From: Octopus bimaculoides
Lineage: Eukaryota
DNA length: 44,177 bases
Assembly: GCF_001194135.2 (NCBI RefSeq)
Contig: NC_068984.1
Location: forward strand, 90,445,776-90,489,952
Direction of reading: 5' to 3'
The notes under the pieces are model-generated. The model did no database searches and was not told the DNA's origin. It saw only the letters and a program-made list of their open reading frames with translations. The position numbers and the translations under genes are program-made. Below, one piece after another: positions 22,831 through 34,485 of this stretch (within the stretch, counting starts at the first letter, position 1; every line of letters starts with the position of its first letter).

Positions 22831-23944
22831 CGTCCATTTCATATACACGTACATACATCTTTCACTCTCTCCCCTTTTCTCTTTCCTTTCAATTTCGGGG
22901 CTGTTTTTGCATTTTCTTCTCTCACAGCTGGCCATATTTCTAAAATACAAAAAGTATATATTCAAGCCAGTTGTCATCAGGGTAAAGCATTTTCAGTTAT
23001 AAAGAAAGCAGATTCAGATTTGTGATGGCAAAGTTTCATAAAGATCATACATACCATGAAGTTCTTTCAACAGTTTTTTGCCCATGCTTGACTAAAAGTG
23101 ACTTTGACCCATGCGACCTCAATTAAAACACTAAGGGTGCATTCAAAATACCAATTTTCATAAGACATAGTTAAAGTTTCACCAAAACATGTTTCACTTG
23201 ATTTGCAATGGTAGTCACAATAAATCAAGCACAGCGTGAGAGTATCTGCAGAAAAATTCCACAAATATGAGACATGTATGATGTCAAGGACTACAGAAAT
23301 GTGTTGTTCATTACTATTTAATTCCATAAGGAATATTTAAAACTGGTTATATTGAAAATTGTGAAAGTTGGTCAAAGTGATGCTTCTTATTTTACTAAAG
23401 GTACTTAAATCATGACTTTTATTTTCATTTTTGAAGTTGCATTTACTTTGAATATTGAAATTAGCTTATTTTAGATATTGAAAAATTATGTTTTCGAAGT
23501 TATGTCGAGCTCTTACTTTGGTCTGCATTCGATGAAGCTAAATCTAACCTTAGAAATGGTGACAATAGAGGAAATGTTAAAAAATGGACATTTGAGTTTG
23601 TGAAAAATCTTCACGTGATAGAGCAAAATGGATTTCATTTTTGAATTCAGCATCCCAAAATTACTAGGAAATTTGTCTCCAACACCAGACAACAAAAACC
23701 ATGTTCCTCAGTGTTATCAAAAGCACATTTTCTAAAACAATACTTCTTATGAACCCAAGATGCACAATTAAAACACAAATCTTTCTCAACGAACTACATT
23801 CTTCCCAAAAAAATATAGCAGTTATCGACCATTCTAGTCATAATGCCTATTTGAACTTAAAACTTTTGAGGTCTCTGGGTGAGACTTGGCCTCAGACCGT
23901 AGAAACACAAATCAAAATCCAAGCATAATCATAATAATGATCTT

Positions 23945-24143
23945 TCTACCAGGCCTGAAATTTGTGGGGAGGGGGATAGTCGATTACTTCAACCCAGTAC
24001 TAGACTGGTACTTATTTTATCGATTTCGAAAGGAGGAAAAGTAAAGTCAATCTCGGCGGAATTGAAGCTCAGAACGAAAAGACGGACAAAAGGCTGCTAA
24101 ACATTTTGTCCGGCATGTTAACAGTTCTGCTAGTTCGCTGCCT
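23945..24143 (-). mobile_element. SINE (GTCGATAAAATAAGTACCAG family)
   Basis: CTGGTACTTATTTTATCGAT..CGAAAGGA..AAAAGTAAAGTCAATCTCGGCGGAATT. Confidence 0.88.
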
Positions 24144-24230
24144 TCATCTTCATCATCATAATAATATGGTGATAGGACAATAAAAGAATAATTGTGTAAA
24201 AAAAAAAGGAAGAATTGTATCAAAAAGTGA

Positions 24231-24545
24231 AGGCGCATGGCTTAGTGGTTAAGGCATTTGGCTCGCGATCGCCAGGTCGTGATTTCGATTCCTGGCGACG
24301 CGTTGTGTCCTTGAGCAAGATACTTTATTTCAGATTGCTCCAGTCCACTCAGCTGGAAAAATGAGTTGTACCTGTATTTCAAAGGTCCAGCCTTGTCGTA
24401 TTCTGTGTCACGCTGAATCTCTCTGAGGACTGCATTAAATATACACGTGTTTGTGGAGTGCTCAGCCACTTGCACGTTAATTTCACGAGCAGGCTGAACC
24501 ATTGATCGGATCAACTGAAACCCTCTTCGTCGTAACTGACGGAGT
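24231..24545 (+). mobile_element. tRNA-derived SINE with CORE/V-like central domain (second family), near full length
   Basis: A box TGGCTTAGTGG and B-box-like GATTTCGATTCC, then TGTGTCCTTGAGCAAGATACTTTA..TTGCTCCAGTCCACTCAGCTG. Confidence 0.88.
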
Positions 24546-25694
24546 ATCAGTTGGGAAGATTTTGAATTGTGCAAAAATGATGATATTAATGAGAAAGAAG
24601 AAAGGAACATAATAATACAGTATTATTATAATGAGGTTGTATGAGAGGTGTGGAGAAATTGCAAGAAAGTTAAGGAAACTGCATGGAAGAAATGTTAGAG
24701 ATGTTTCTGCTATTAGGGACAGAGTATGGATTAAAGTAAGATTTGAAGTATTATTTCGTTGAGAGTGATTGGCTGTTAGAATCTCGAACATTTCTGTCAA
24801 ACACGATTCACATGTCTTCCTAATTTTAGTGTAAGTTTGCTCTTGAGTGTTTCTCATGTTACATTGACTGGAGTGCTTGCTGTGGATATGACAGCGAGCA
24901 ACACTAAACAGGCTGGTGAACTAAATGATTTATTCCTTTGCTTTGATCTAGAATCTCAGGTACGATAACCGGTTGGTATTTAAAAAAATAGCAACCATGC
25001 ATCAACAGATAGAATTAGAAAGAACTTCCATCTTTAAAAATTATGAATTCTGATCTTGAAATTGCTCAAAATTCTTCGACTGTTGACCTACCTTCCAAAC
25101 CTACTGGTATCACCATCAGTTACATACATGGAAAGTTTATCCTCTCCAGAAACATATGTTGTGCTATTCCATTATAACTTACTTTAACCTCTCAATTTCT
25201 TTCTCAATTTCACATTTTTCCTTAAATACCTCCTTATCTCAATATCTTCCATTATTTAGTCTGACCTGATTTTTCTTCCATATTTTATTTTCTCATTCTC
25301 TTTTACCTTACTTTTTCTTCTCACCATCACTTTCTCCTCGTCACCCACCTTTCTTTTTTATTTTCTTGCTTATTCGTCTTTTTCGTTTTGCTTTATCTTG
25401 TTTTATTCCTTTCTCTATAAGCATCACTACTGTCCGGCCATGTACGTACACTTGTTCTGTATGATCAAATTCACAACTTAACCATTTTAATCTAATTTTA
25501 ATCTTTTAACCCTGCACTTTTACCCACCTTTCCTCTACCCTTTTCTACTAAATGTACATTCATCCTAAACGATTCACTGTATCGTTTTCCTCTTCTGCTC
25601 TATAAAGTTACCTTTCGTTTTCAAATGGAATTATACCAACAACTACAGCCTACAATCTTTTATCTATTTGCACATCTGTTTCAATATTGTATTC

Positions 25695-25775
25695 GTTGTT
25701 GTTGTTGTTGTCGTCGTCGTCGTCGTCGTCGTTGTCGTTGTCGTTGTTGTTGTTGTTGTTGTTGTTATTATTATT
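25695..25775. repeat. (GTT)n(GTC)n(GTT)n(TTA)n compound microsatellite
   Basis: Directly visible. Confidence 0.95.
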
Positions 25776-26290
25776 AGGAAGTCGGCAAGTTGGCAGAATC
25801 GTTAGCACGCCGGGCAAAACGCTTCGCGACATTTCGCCCGTCGCTACGTTCTGAGTTCAAATTCTATCGAGGTCGATTTTGCCTTTCATCCTTTCGGGGT
25901 CGATAAATTAAATACCAGATGAGTAATCGACTCATCCCCTCTCCCAAAAAATGTCTTCCCCTGTGGAAAAATTTGGAACCATTATTTATTATTATTAAGG
26001 CGGAGAGCTGGCACAATCGTTGGCACACCGGGCGAAGTGCTTAGCGGTATTTCGTCTGCCGCTACGTTCTGAATTCAAATTCCGCCGAGGTCGACTTTAC
26101 CTTTCATCCTTTCAGGGTCGATAAATTAAGTACCAGTNNNNNNNNNNCGCCGAGGTCGACTTTACCTTTCATCCTTTCAGGGTCGATAAATTAAGTACCA
26201 GTGAAACACTGGGGTTGATGTAATCGACTATCCCCCTCCCCCAAATTTCAGGCCTTGCGCCTATAGTAGATAGGATTATTATATTATTAT

Positions 26291-26325
<35 letters not shown>

Positions 26326-26537
26326 AGGCGGCGACTGGCAGTATTGTTACCACTCCAGGCAAAATGCTTATCGGTATTTTGTCCATCTTTACGTTCTGAT
26401 TTCAAATGCCGCTAAGGTCGATTTTCCCTTCCATTATTTGAAGTCGATAAAATAAGTTCCAGTTGAGCACTGAGATCGATGTAACCGACGATCTCCTTCC
26501 CATAAATTGCTGGCCTTGTGTCGAAAATTCGAAACTA
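25776..26537 (+). mobile_element. Three head-to-tail SINE copies (25776-25983, 25996-26280, 26324-26537) separated by TTA/TAC tails
   Basis: Each begins (A)AGGCGGCGAGCTGGCAG-like and contains GTTCAAAT.C.GCCGAGGTCGAC and GTCGATAAA.TAAGTACCAG. Confidence 0.92.
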
Positions 26538-27121
26538 ATGTCATTATTTTGTAACACAGTGTTCATATTGGAACCGATTGAATTGCCCTTTCTATTGGGT
26601 CTAGTATAGCAAACATTCTTGTCAATTACTTCAGTAAGATTCTTTTTATGCTGTTCACGTTTATCCTTACTTTGTACTGAGACATCTCTTAATGTTTGTT
26701 GCTCGTCCAAGTAAACAATTTCTACTGCACCCCCTCCAAGATTAAGATCTAGTTTTCCAGTGTTTGCTCTCGACTTTGTCACAGTTCCAAAAGTGCGAAT
26801 AATAGTTGGTAGAATCATGCACGACCTTGTCAACTCCTTTATTCCAGTATTTTAGAATAGAGATTCTAAGTATCGTTGGGGAATGATTGGAATTTATATA
26901 AATATATTGAAATTTCTTGTTCGGTTTTCTGTAGGAGTACCTAAATCTAAATGTGTATCTAAGAAATTAACTTTAAAAAGAATTATGTTTTGTGATATTT
27001 CAGTTTCCTTGAATATCTTTATGAACTTTTTTCTTAACAGCGACAATAGTAGGTCGAACATATATGTATTTTGTACATAATAATACATCATACATAATAA
27101 TACATCATACATAATAATATA

Positions 27122-27306
27122 CAGACAAGAAAGTAATATTTCGAACGCAGTATAGCCGTGAAAACAAAGATTGGGTATTTATTTACCCTTACATGACGTA
27201 AAAAGTTGTCAGTAGACAGCCACGTGACTGTCTGCTGACAATTTTTTCCGTCATATAAGGGTAAAATACCCAATCCACTGCGTTCGAAATGTTATTTTTC
27301 TGTCTG
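27122..27306. mobile_element. Fold-back MITE / near-loopless palindrome, TA flanks
   Basis: TA|CAGACA..TTTCGAACGCAGT..GATTGGGTATTT..GTCAGTAGACAGCCAC|GTGACTGTCTGCTGAC..ATACCCAATC.ACTGCGTTCGAAA..TGTCTG|TA. Confidence 0.88.
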
Positions 27307-27384
27307 TATGATACGATACACATTCAACGTTTCCAAAAACAAAAGCAAAAAGAAATGTCTGTTTACATATGTTGTATAATAATA

Positions 27385-27820
27385 TTCATTTCTACAATAG
27401 GTACGAGGCCTGAATTTTTTAAGGGAAGGGGCTAGTTGATTACGTCGACCCCAGTTTTCGAGTGGTACTTATTTTATTGACCCCGAAAGGATGAAAAGCA
27501 AAGTCAACCTCGGCGGAATTTGAACTCAGAATGTACTGATAGGCGAATTGCCGCGAAGCATTTTGCCCAGCTTGATAAAAATTTGCCAGCTCGCCACCTC
27601 TATAATAATATTAGCTTCAAATTTTGGCACAATGCCAGCAATTTCGGGGAAGTAGTGTAAGTCGATTACATCGACCTCCAGTGAGCAACTGGTACTTATT
27701 TTATCGACCTCGAAAGGATGATAGGCAAAGTCGACCTTGGCGGAATTTCAACTCCGAACATGAAGACAGATGAAATGCCGCTATGCATTATGCCTGGTAT
27801 GCTAACAATTCTGCCAGTTA
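27385..27820 (-). mobile_element. Two tandem SINE copies (27385-27600, 27610-27820)
   Basis: Reverse-complement of the same family (GGTACTTATTTTAT.GACC.CGAAAGGATGA.AGGCAAAGTC.ACC). Confidence 0.92.
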
Positions 27821-28155
27821 TAGATGAGTAGAACACTATGCTAACGTATTTCAATGTGTTTACGAATATTTCAGCTGATATATTGTCATGTTGCTTCTTT
27901 ATTTCAATTACTTTATTCTTCAGAAATCTGACATTCAAGTATCTTGTGATTCAGGAAATGTATACAACGACTACATTATGAAGTAGTAAGTACTTTTTTC
28001 TCCGTTTGTAAATCCAAAATGTTCTTCAATCAACTTACATACATACATAATATATATGAATGCATGTATCTGAATGTGTGTGTGTGTATACATATATGTG
28101 CATGTATGCATATGTGCATAAGTGTACATGCAAATAAGTTTGTATGTATGTATGT

Positions 28156-28210
<55 letters not shown>

Positions 28211-28218
28211 TTCATAAT

Positions 28219-28430
28219 TATAATAGAGGGTACACGAAGCACAAGCTTGCTAGAAAGGAAAGTCAAAATTTTCAACTTATCCACCAATCTCACTGAGGTA
28301 GTATGTTAAATTTTGCTCGTTTGCCTGATTTCTCTTGGTCCGTCGCGTATTTTCAGTGAGATTGGTGGATAAGTTGAGGATTTTGATTCTTCTTTCTAGC
28401 AAGCTGGTGCTTCGTGTACCCTCTATTATA
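28219..28430. mobile_element. Hairpin MITE, ~78-bp TIRs
   Basis: TATAATAGAGGGTACACGAAGCAC.AGCTTGCTAGAAAG...CCACCAATCTCACTGA is mirrored at 28353-28430. Confidence 0.88.
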
Positions 28431-28526
28431 TTTATAAATTTATTGTATTGCTATTTAATGCTAATATTGCTTGCTGCCACTAATATTATTGTTATTATAA
28501 TCATCAATTATTTAGATTTACCGCTG

Positions 28527-28603
<77 letters not shown>

Positions 28604-28643
28604 NNNNNNNNNNGTACAAATGCAAAACAAAAGTCAAACATAA

Positions 28644-28685
<42 letters not shown>
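28527..28685. repeat. (TAA)n tracts either side of a 10-N gap
   Basis: Directly visible. Confidence 0.95.
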
Positions 28686-28686
<1 letters not shown>

Positions 28687-28799
28687 TCTTTATAAATATT
28701 CATTTCAATATTTACTCATTTACATATATATAGTAGAGATTATTTACCAACATAATGTGACAGTCCTGGTTAGGACGAATGCTATTGCTATTTAGCCCC

Positions 28800-30378
28800 T
28801 TTGAGAGTCCAGTTGGCAGTACAATCTTTATTATAGACTCAGCCGATAGCTGTACTCTCCTTAGATGCAACAACACGTGTTCTACGTAAATTATCAAGCT
28901 TGACAGCTGCTGACATTGTACAAAAGCGTGCTGGACAGTTTCCTCGTCCAGCCCACATCTTGGACATGTCGGTGGCACTGACATTCCGTGTCTGGATAAC
29001 TTCTCGCGAACAGGTAAAGCGTTCCTGTAAAACTACCAGGTCATGGATATTTGGTAATTATCCAAATACCTGGCTTGAAAGTTTTTCGAAACAGTTTGGC
29101 AAGTTGGTTCTCGTCGAACCCCAGAGCCCCTCCTAGGACGTCGTCACTTTTACACTCTACCAAATCTTTGTATAACACCGAGGTGGTATCCTCACTGCCG
29201 GCCTTACCCGTCTTCTGGATAAGTACGAGTGTCTGTCGACACTCTTTTTGCCATACAATCAGGTTACGTCTTTTAATGAAACCGGGTTTGAATCTCTCCA
29301 AGGAGGCTGGTCGCGGAAAGAATTCGTCTGCCAGCGAATTCTACACCTTATCACCTTCCAGGTAGCGCCAGAGATGCCTCAGCCTCAACGCATGTTGCAC
29401 ATCATTAGCCAAGGCATCCCTAACCCACCCTTTAGTTGTTCCTGGCAGCAAACGGAGCGCCTCACAAGTGGCTTTCCTCCCTTCCACAAAAAGCGGTAAA
29501 GGGGGCGTTCCAACATGTTTAGCCACGAATCGGGGCAAGGAACAACGGTTAGGCGGTAGGTGAAGACAGATGCAATAAACACCTGTACCACTTCCGCCCT
29601 TCCGGACCAAGTCCGGACTAGAGCCTCCACCTTGTCTGCCACCTCGCTCCAATTCACCTCCGTCTGGGAGTCCGGTCCAAACCAAACTCCAAGCAACTTA
29701 ACAGGACCATCTGTCCAGTGACCCACGATACTGGACAATATTGGCTTGCTCCTCCAGGTGCAGAGGCGTAAGCCGATGGATTTGTCCTTGTTAACTTTTT
29801 CCCCTGCCAGCGCCTCGTATCCTTTGATAGCGTCCTAGGTAGTTACGCTTCATTGGACACGATGAAGGTGACGTCATCCGCATAAGCAAAAACCGACTTA
29901 CCGCATCCGATTTCATTAGAGTTACCTCCCAACTTCTCCAACTTCCGCAGCAATGGCTCAAGAGCCAACACGTACAGAAGCGGAGACAGGGGACAACCTT
30001 GACGTACTGAGTGCTTGATCGAAAACGACTCCGACAGGTAGCCATTTATCTGTACGGTGGATTTGATGCCGCTATACATGGCGGAGATCCACCTACGGAA
30101 GTCCGGGCCCAGCCCAGCCGCTTCGAAGACCGCCGCCAGGTACTGGTGGTCTACCCTATCAAACGCTTTACTTTGGTCTAAATGGACCATTGCCCCAACT
30201 TTGCCGGTTAATTTACCTAACCTGTCTAAGGTGTAGCGTATAAGGTGAAGATTGTCCTGGATCGACCTGCCTACGATGGCGCATATCTACGCCTTCCCTA
30301 CAAGTTTCTCCACAACATGCGTCAACCTTTTGGCTAACACCTTGGCCAAAATCTTTAACTCTGCGTTAAGGAGAGTTA
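28800..30378 (-). mobile_element. Tx1-clade LINE fragment (RT through CCHC finger), truncated at both ends
   Basis: ITLLNAELKILAK, LDQSKAFDRVDH, RQGCPLSPLLY, AYADDVTFIV, RLTVVPCPD, GGLGMP, CPRCGLDEETVQHAFVQC. It is frameshifted. Confidence 0.95.
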
Positions 30379-30379
30379 T

Positions 30380-30392
30380 GTATATGTGTTTA

Positions 30393-30423
<31 letters not shown>

Positions 30424-30477
30424 TTGTGTGTGAGTGTGTGTGTGTATGTAAGTATATATGTATATGCGTGTGTTTGT

Positions 30478-30508
<31 letters not shown>

Positions 30509-30609
30509 NNNNNNNNNNNNNNNNNNNNNNNNNNNNNNNNNNNNNNNNNNNNNNNNNNNNNNNNNNNNNNNNNNNNNNNNNNNNNNNNNNNNNNNNNNNN
30601 NNNNNNNNN

Positions 30610-30663
<54 letters not shown>

Positions 30664-30665
30664 CA
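30380..30665. repeat. (GT)n microsatellite with N gap
   Basis: Directly visible. Confidence 0.95.
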
Positions 30666-31185
30666 CATGTACTAATAATTGTATATTTTGTTAAATACCT
30701 TGCAGAATGCCTTTTAAACCCCGTCCACATAATTTGGTTACCTGATGTCAACAACAGTATGGAAGTATATGCCACTGGATTAACATGAGGGATTCCTTTG
30801 TGCTCATAGTTTATATAAAAAGATCATTTTATTATTTTTTTTTTTTATTTCTTATTCTTTTATCCATGTATACTTTATTATATTACATATTTTTATGATT
30901 TTAATGCTTCTATGAAAGGGATTCTTCCATTCTATCTGAGTTCATTATGGAAATGGATGGAATGCTACACTAACTGAGACGTATTGTTCTAGAAATAAGC
31001 GAAACGGCAAGTAAAAAAACGAGGTATTTTTTTAAAATTCACCTGAGGAGATGCATTTGCTCCTGTAATGCATAACAATTGATTATACATCTCATCTGTA
31101 AGGTACGGATGCATGATGAGTCAAAATGTTCGCAGTGGTTATGAATAAAGAAGCTTGTGAATTCTATTTGCTTTCTCTTCATCTT

Positions 31186-31227
<42 letters not shown>

Positions 31228-31241
31228 CATATAAATATACT

Positions 31242-31463
31242 TATGGCCGATCGCTGGGCTTACTCTAGAGTTCACGTCCATAAGGCGCTTAACTTCACGG
31301 CGTTTCCTCAGACCCTCATGGCCGGTGGCCTATAACCTCTTTTTAAAGTGGAGGGAGAAAAGATCACGTAGCTACTTGTTGAACGCACGGGAGTCTGACG
31401 AAACACCAAAAGCTAAGCGCTTTATGGATGTGATACCCACAGTAACCCCATAGACTGGCCATA
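31242..31463. mobile_element. MITE with ~80-bp imperfect TIRs
   Basis: TATGGCC..GGGCTTACT..TCACGTCCATAAGGCGCTTAACTT..GGCGTTTCCTCAGACCC pairs with GGGAGTCTGACGAAACACC..AAGCTAAGCGCTTTATGGATGTGA..AGTAACCCC..GGCCATA. Confidence 0.82.
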
Positions 31464-31539
31464 ACTAACTTTATCTAATTACTCTACTGCTCTATAACTT
31501 AGAGTGTGCTTCTCTTTTGGGGATTTATGATTTACTGAC

Positions 31540-32150
31540 GATATGTATGTATGTATGTATGTATGTGTGTATGTATGTATGTATGTATGTGTGTATGTAT
31601 GTATGTATGTATGTATGTATGTATGTATGTATGTATGTATGTATAGCTATACATTTGTTAATTTCCTACCTTTTATTTGTCATGTGCTCCAGTCATTGGA
31701 CTGTGACCATGCTGGAGCACTGCCTTGAAGGGTTTAATCAAGCAAATCAACTGCAGTACTTATTTCAAAGTCTGGCACTTATTCAATCAGTTTTCTTTGC
31801 AGACCGCTAATTATGGAAACGTACCAAAAAATTTCTTTCAACGTCCGTTTTAAAGATAACGCGTATGTGTAGAGATGCTCTTTGGTTTATATATGTGATG
31901 AGGGAATTGTGCTACTGAAAATCCTTGTTCCTATGCTTGAAACTGCCTCTTTCAACAATGCTAAGAATTTCGAAAAATGAAACCAGGAACACATGCATAC
32001 ATTCAAACATAAATACATGCTTGCATGCAAGCATACATACATATATACATAGATAGAAACATCCATACATAAATGCATACATACATACATACATACATAC
32101 ATACATACATACATACATACATACATACATACATACATACATACATGTTG
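31540..32150. repeat. (TATG)n 31540-31645 and (TACA)n 32070-32145, with a SINE 3' fragment at ~31690-31830
   Basis: The microsatellites are directly visible. GACCATGCTGGAGCACTGCCTTGAAGG..GTACTTATTT resembles a SINE tail. Confidence 0.75.
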
Positions 32151-33199
32151 CTGAAATGCACGTTACTGTCAAAACATCTTTAAGTTTGCACGTCTTTATA
32201 ATCTAGGATCTGCTGAAAAAATGTTTGATAAGGACAAACAAATGTGGATAACCAGAAGGGAAGCGTGAGTGAGAAATAGAAAGAGTATGAGTAAGAGAGA
32301 GCGGGGAAGAGAGACAGAGATTAGCAAGAAAAGAAAGGCAAATAACCTGAATAGAGAGAGGGGGGTTAACAGTAAAGGAAGGCAAATAAACTGACTGAAT
32401 CCGATACATGAGAGAAATGGTAATCGCCAGCTGCAAAAAGATATGAAGATAATAGCTAGAATCTTAGAGACAAACAATGAAACTGTGGAATTGAGAAGGA
32501 TAGACACATGGTTTATGGGACAAAATAGCAAACAGAAACAGATTATGAGTAAGCAGAGAGAGTATAAAAGCAAAGATGTTCCCTACATGCAGAAAATTAT
32601 GGACAATCCTATTTCTTTTTTTATTTTTGTGTGGAAGAATATCTAGAGCTAATCTATCTAACATATAACAGTAGTGAGGTTGGTCTTTTTTTTTTTTTTT
32701 TTTTTTTTTTGTGAAGTGAGTGACCACTATGTCAGCATTATCCAATGTTTTTTTATGCTTAGTATTTGTACTAGTATGTTTGTGAATATGAATTTAGCTT
32801 GTGCCCCTTTCTTTGTTCATTGCTCAAAGAAAGCATGAGAAATTGTCCGCAACAAAGTAAAGAGACTTAGTGCTAACAACTGACCGGAAACACGAACTAT
32901 TGTATGCATTTTATGGATGTATAAATGTATATAACTACACACGTATATACTTGCATGTGTGTTTGTATGTATTATGTATGTTTATGTACATATACATGTG
33001 TGCGTGTGTGTGTGTGGTGAATATAATCAAGCTGTGATTAATGAGAAGAGGCAGATGTCCCAGTAGGCACAGTAAAATGTGAACCTATAACTATTAAATA
33101 AACTCTAATTATAGAAAGTATTTAAGCCAATATGTTCACCTAAAACCTATAAATATTCTGAAATTGACTAAAACAAACAAATCGAAACGAAAATAATCA

Positions 33200-33900
33200 T
33201 TTAAAATAACATAACACCACAATCTGCAAAGAAATTAACGAAAGCACAAACTTATCATTTCATTACCCTGCTACCTAAAGCCAAAAACCAGTTATCATTC
33301 TGTATGCAGAAATCCCTTTCACCTCTCTAATAGAAGTGACATTGTACACAATAATATACAACAACATATGACAACCTACCCACAAACTGCAAAATAGCGA
33401 CTTAACTTTCAACATTGATTAAAAATAATCATTCTGTAAATCTTTGCTCGGCTGGAAGCTAGAGATTGCCCCGTATTTTCTCAAAATTTCACTATTTCTC
33501 CCTAAGAAACAACTAAAACTAACATTTTCTTAATATAACCTTGTTTTTCCATACGTATCATTAGCCTTTTAATTCTATTCAAAAACAAACAAACCTACAG
33601 CATCTAATAACTTGACTGGGAAATGCGTTATATTCTACCTCGAGGAGAATTCTATTTAGTGCCCAGAGCTATGATTCAATATGAAAATCAAAGTTATCAG
33701 TTTTATTATAAACACTAGTCAGCCTTTTTTTCCTTCGTGAGATTACTTTAATATCTAAATATTTGGCTTCATCTACCGAATCGTTATTTCTGATCACTTC
33801 TAGATGTTTTGGATATATATTCCCAATCAAATATTCAAAATAATTATAATTACAAATAAAGGTCTCATCGATATATTTGCAGAACCCACCTCAACCTTTC
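33200..33900 (+). mobile_element. Possible very old Penelope-like RT relic
   Basis: Only scattered motif echoes (ITLLPKAK cf. YLLPKIHK; FLDV/IDI..PT-like segment near 33800-33890). Confidence 0.25.
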
Positions 33901-34264
33901 TTTTCCTTCAGTATAGATCATTCAGAAAACTAAATTCACATTAATTTGTCTGCTAAGGACTTCAATTACATATCGGAAGACCCTTAATTTATACCATGAT
34001 CCTCCCTACGCACACAAATATATACATATGATGCTTGTGTATGTGTATGTTTATGAGAATGTATCTATACATTTATGCTTAATTTCATCAATGTAAACCA
34101 GTTGGTTTATTTATGCTTTTTGTCTCAAAGCAGTGAACCGAAATAATACCACATTGTAATAATAACTGGAGCAATATAACCGATTAAGCTTTTAAATTTG
34201 GTGCCTCAGCATAGTTGCAGACGAATATCTGAAACCAATTAAAAAATATAAAATATCTGGCATA

Positions 34265-34485
34265 ATATTGATTTCAAATGTTGGTACAAGGCCAGCAACT
34301 TCGGGACAGGGGATAAGTTGGCTACAACAATTCTAGTATTCAACTGCTATTTATTTTATCGATTCCAAAAGGATGAAAGGCGAAGTCGACTACGGCAGAA
34401 TTTGAACTCAGAACGTAAAAACAGATAAACTACTACTAAGCATATTACCCGGTGTGCTAACGATTTTGCCAGCTCACCGCCTTTC
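34265..34485 (-). mobile_element. SINE (GTCGATAAAATAAGTACCAG family)
   Basis: TATTTTATCGATTCCAAAAGGATGAAAGGCGAAGTCGACTACGGCAGAATTTGAACTCAGAACGTA. Confidence 0.88.

Noticed and set aside
23330-23715. Possible DNA-transposon end (..GTTCCTCAGTG|TTA)
   Set aside because: No matching second TIR or TSD was found in the window.
24231-24305. tRNA-like sequence
   Set aside because: It has A/B boxes but no clean cloverleaf and continues into a SINE body; it is a SINE head, not a tRNA gene.
26083-26202. 55-bp duplication within a SINE
   Set aside because: Identical copies flank a 10-N gap; assembly artefact.
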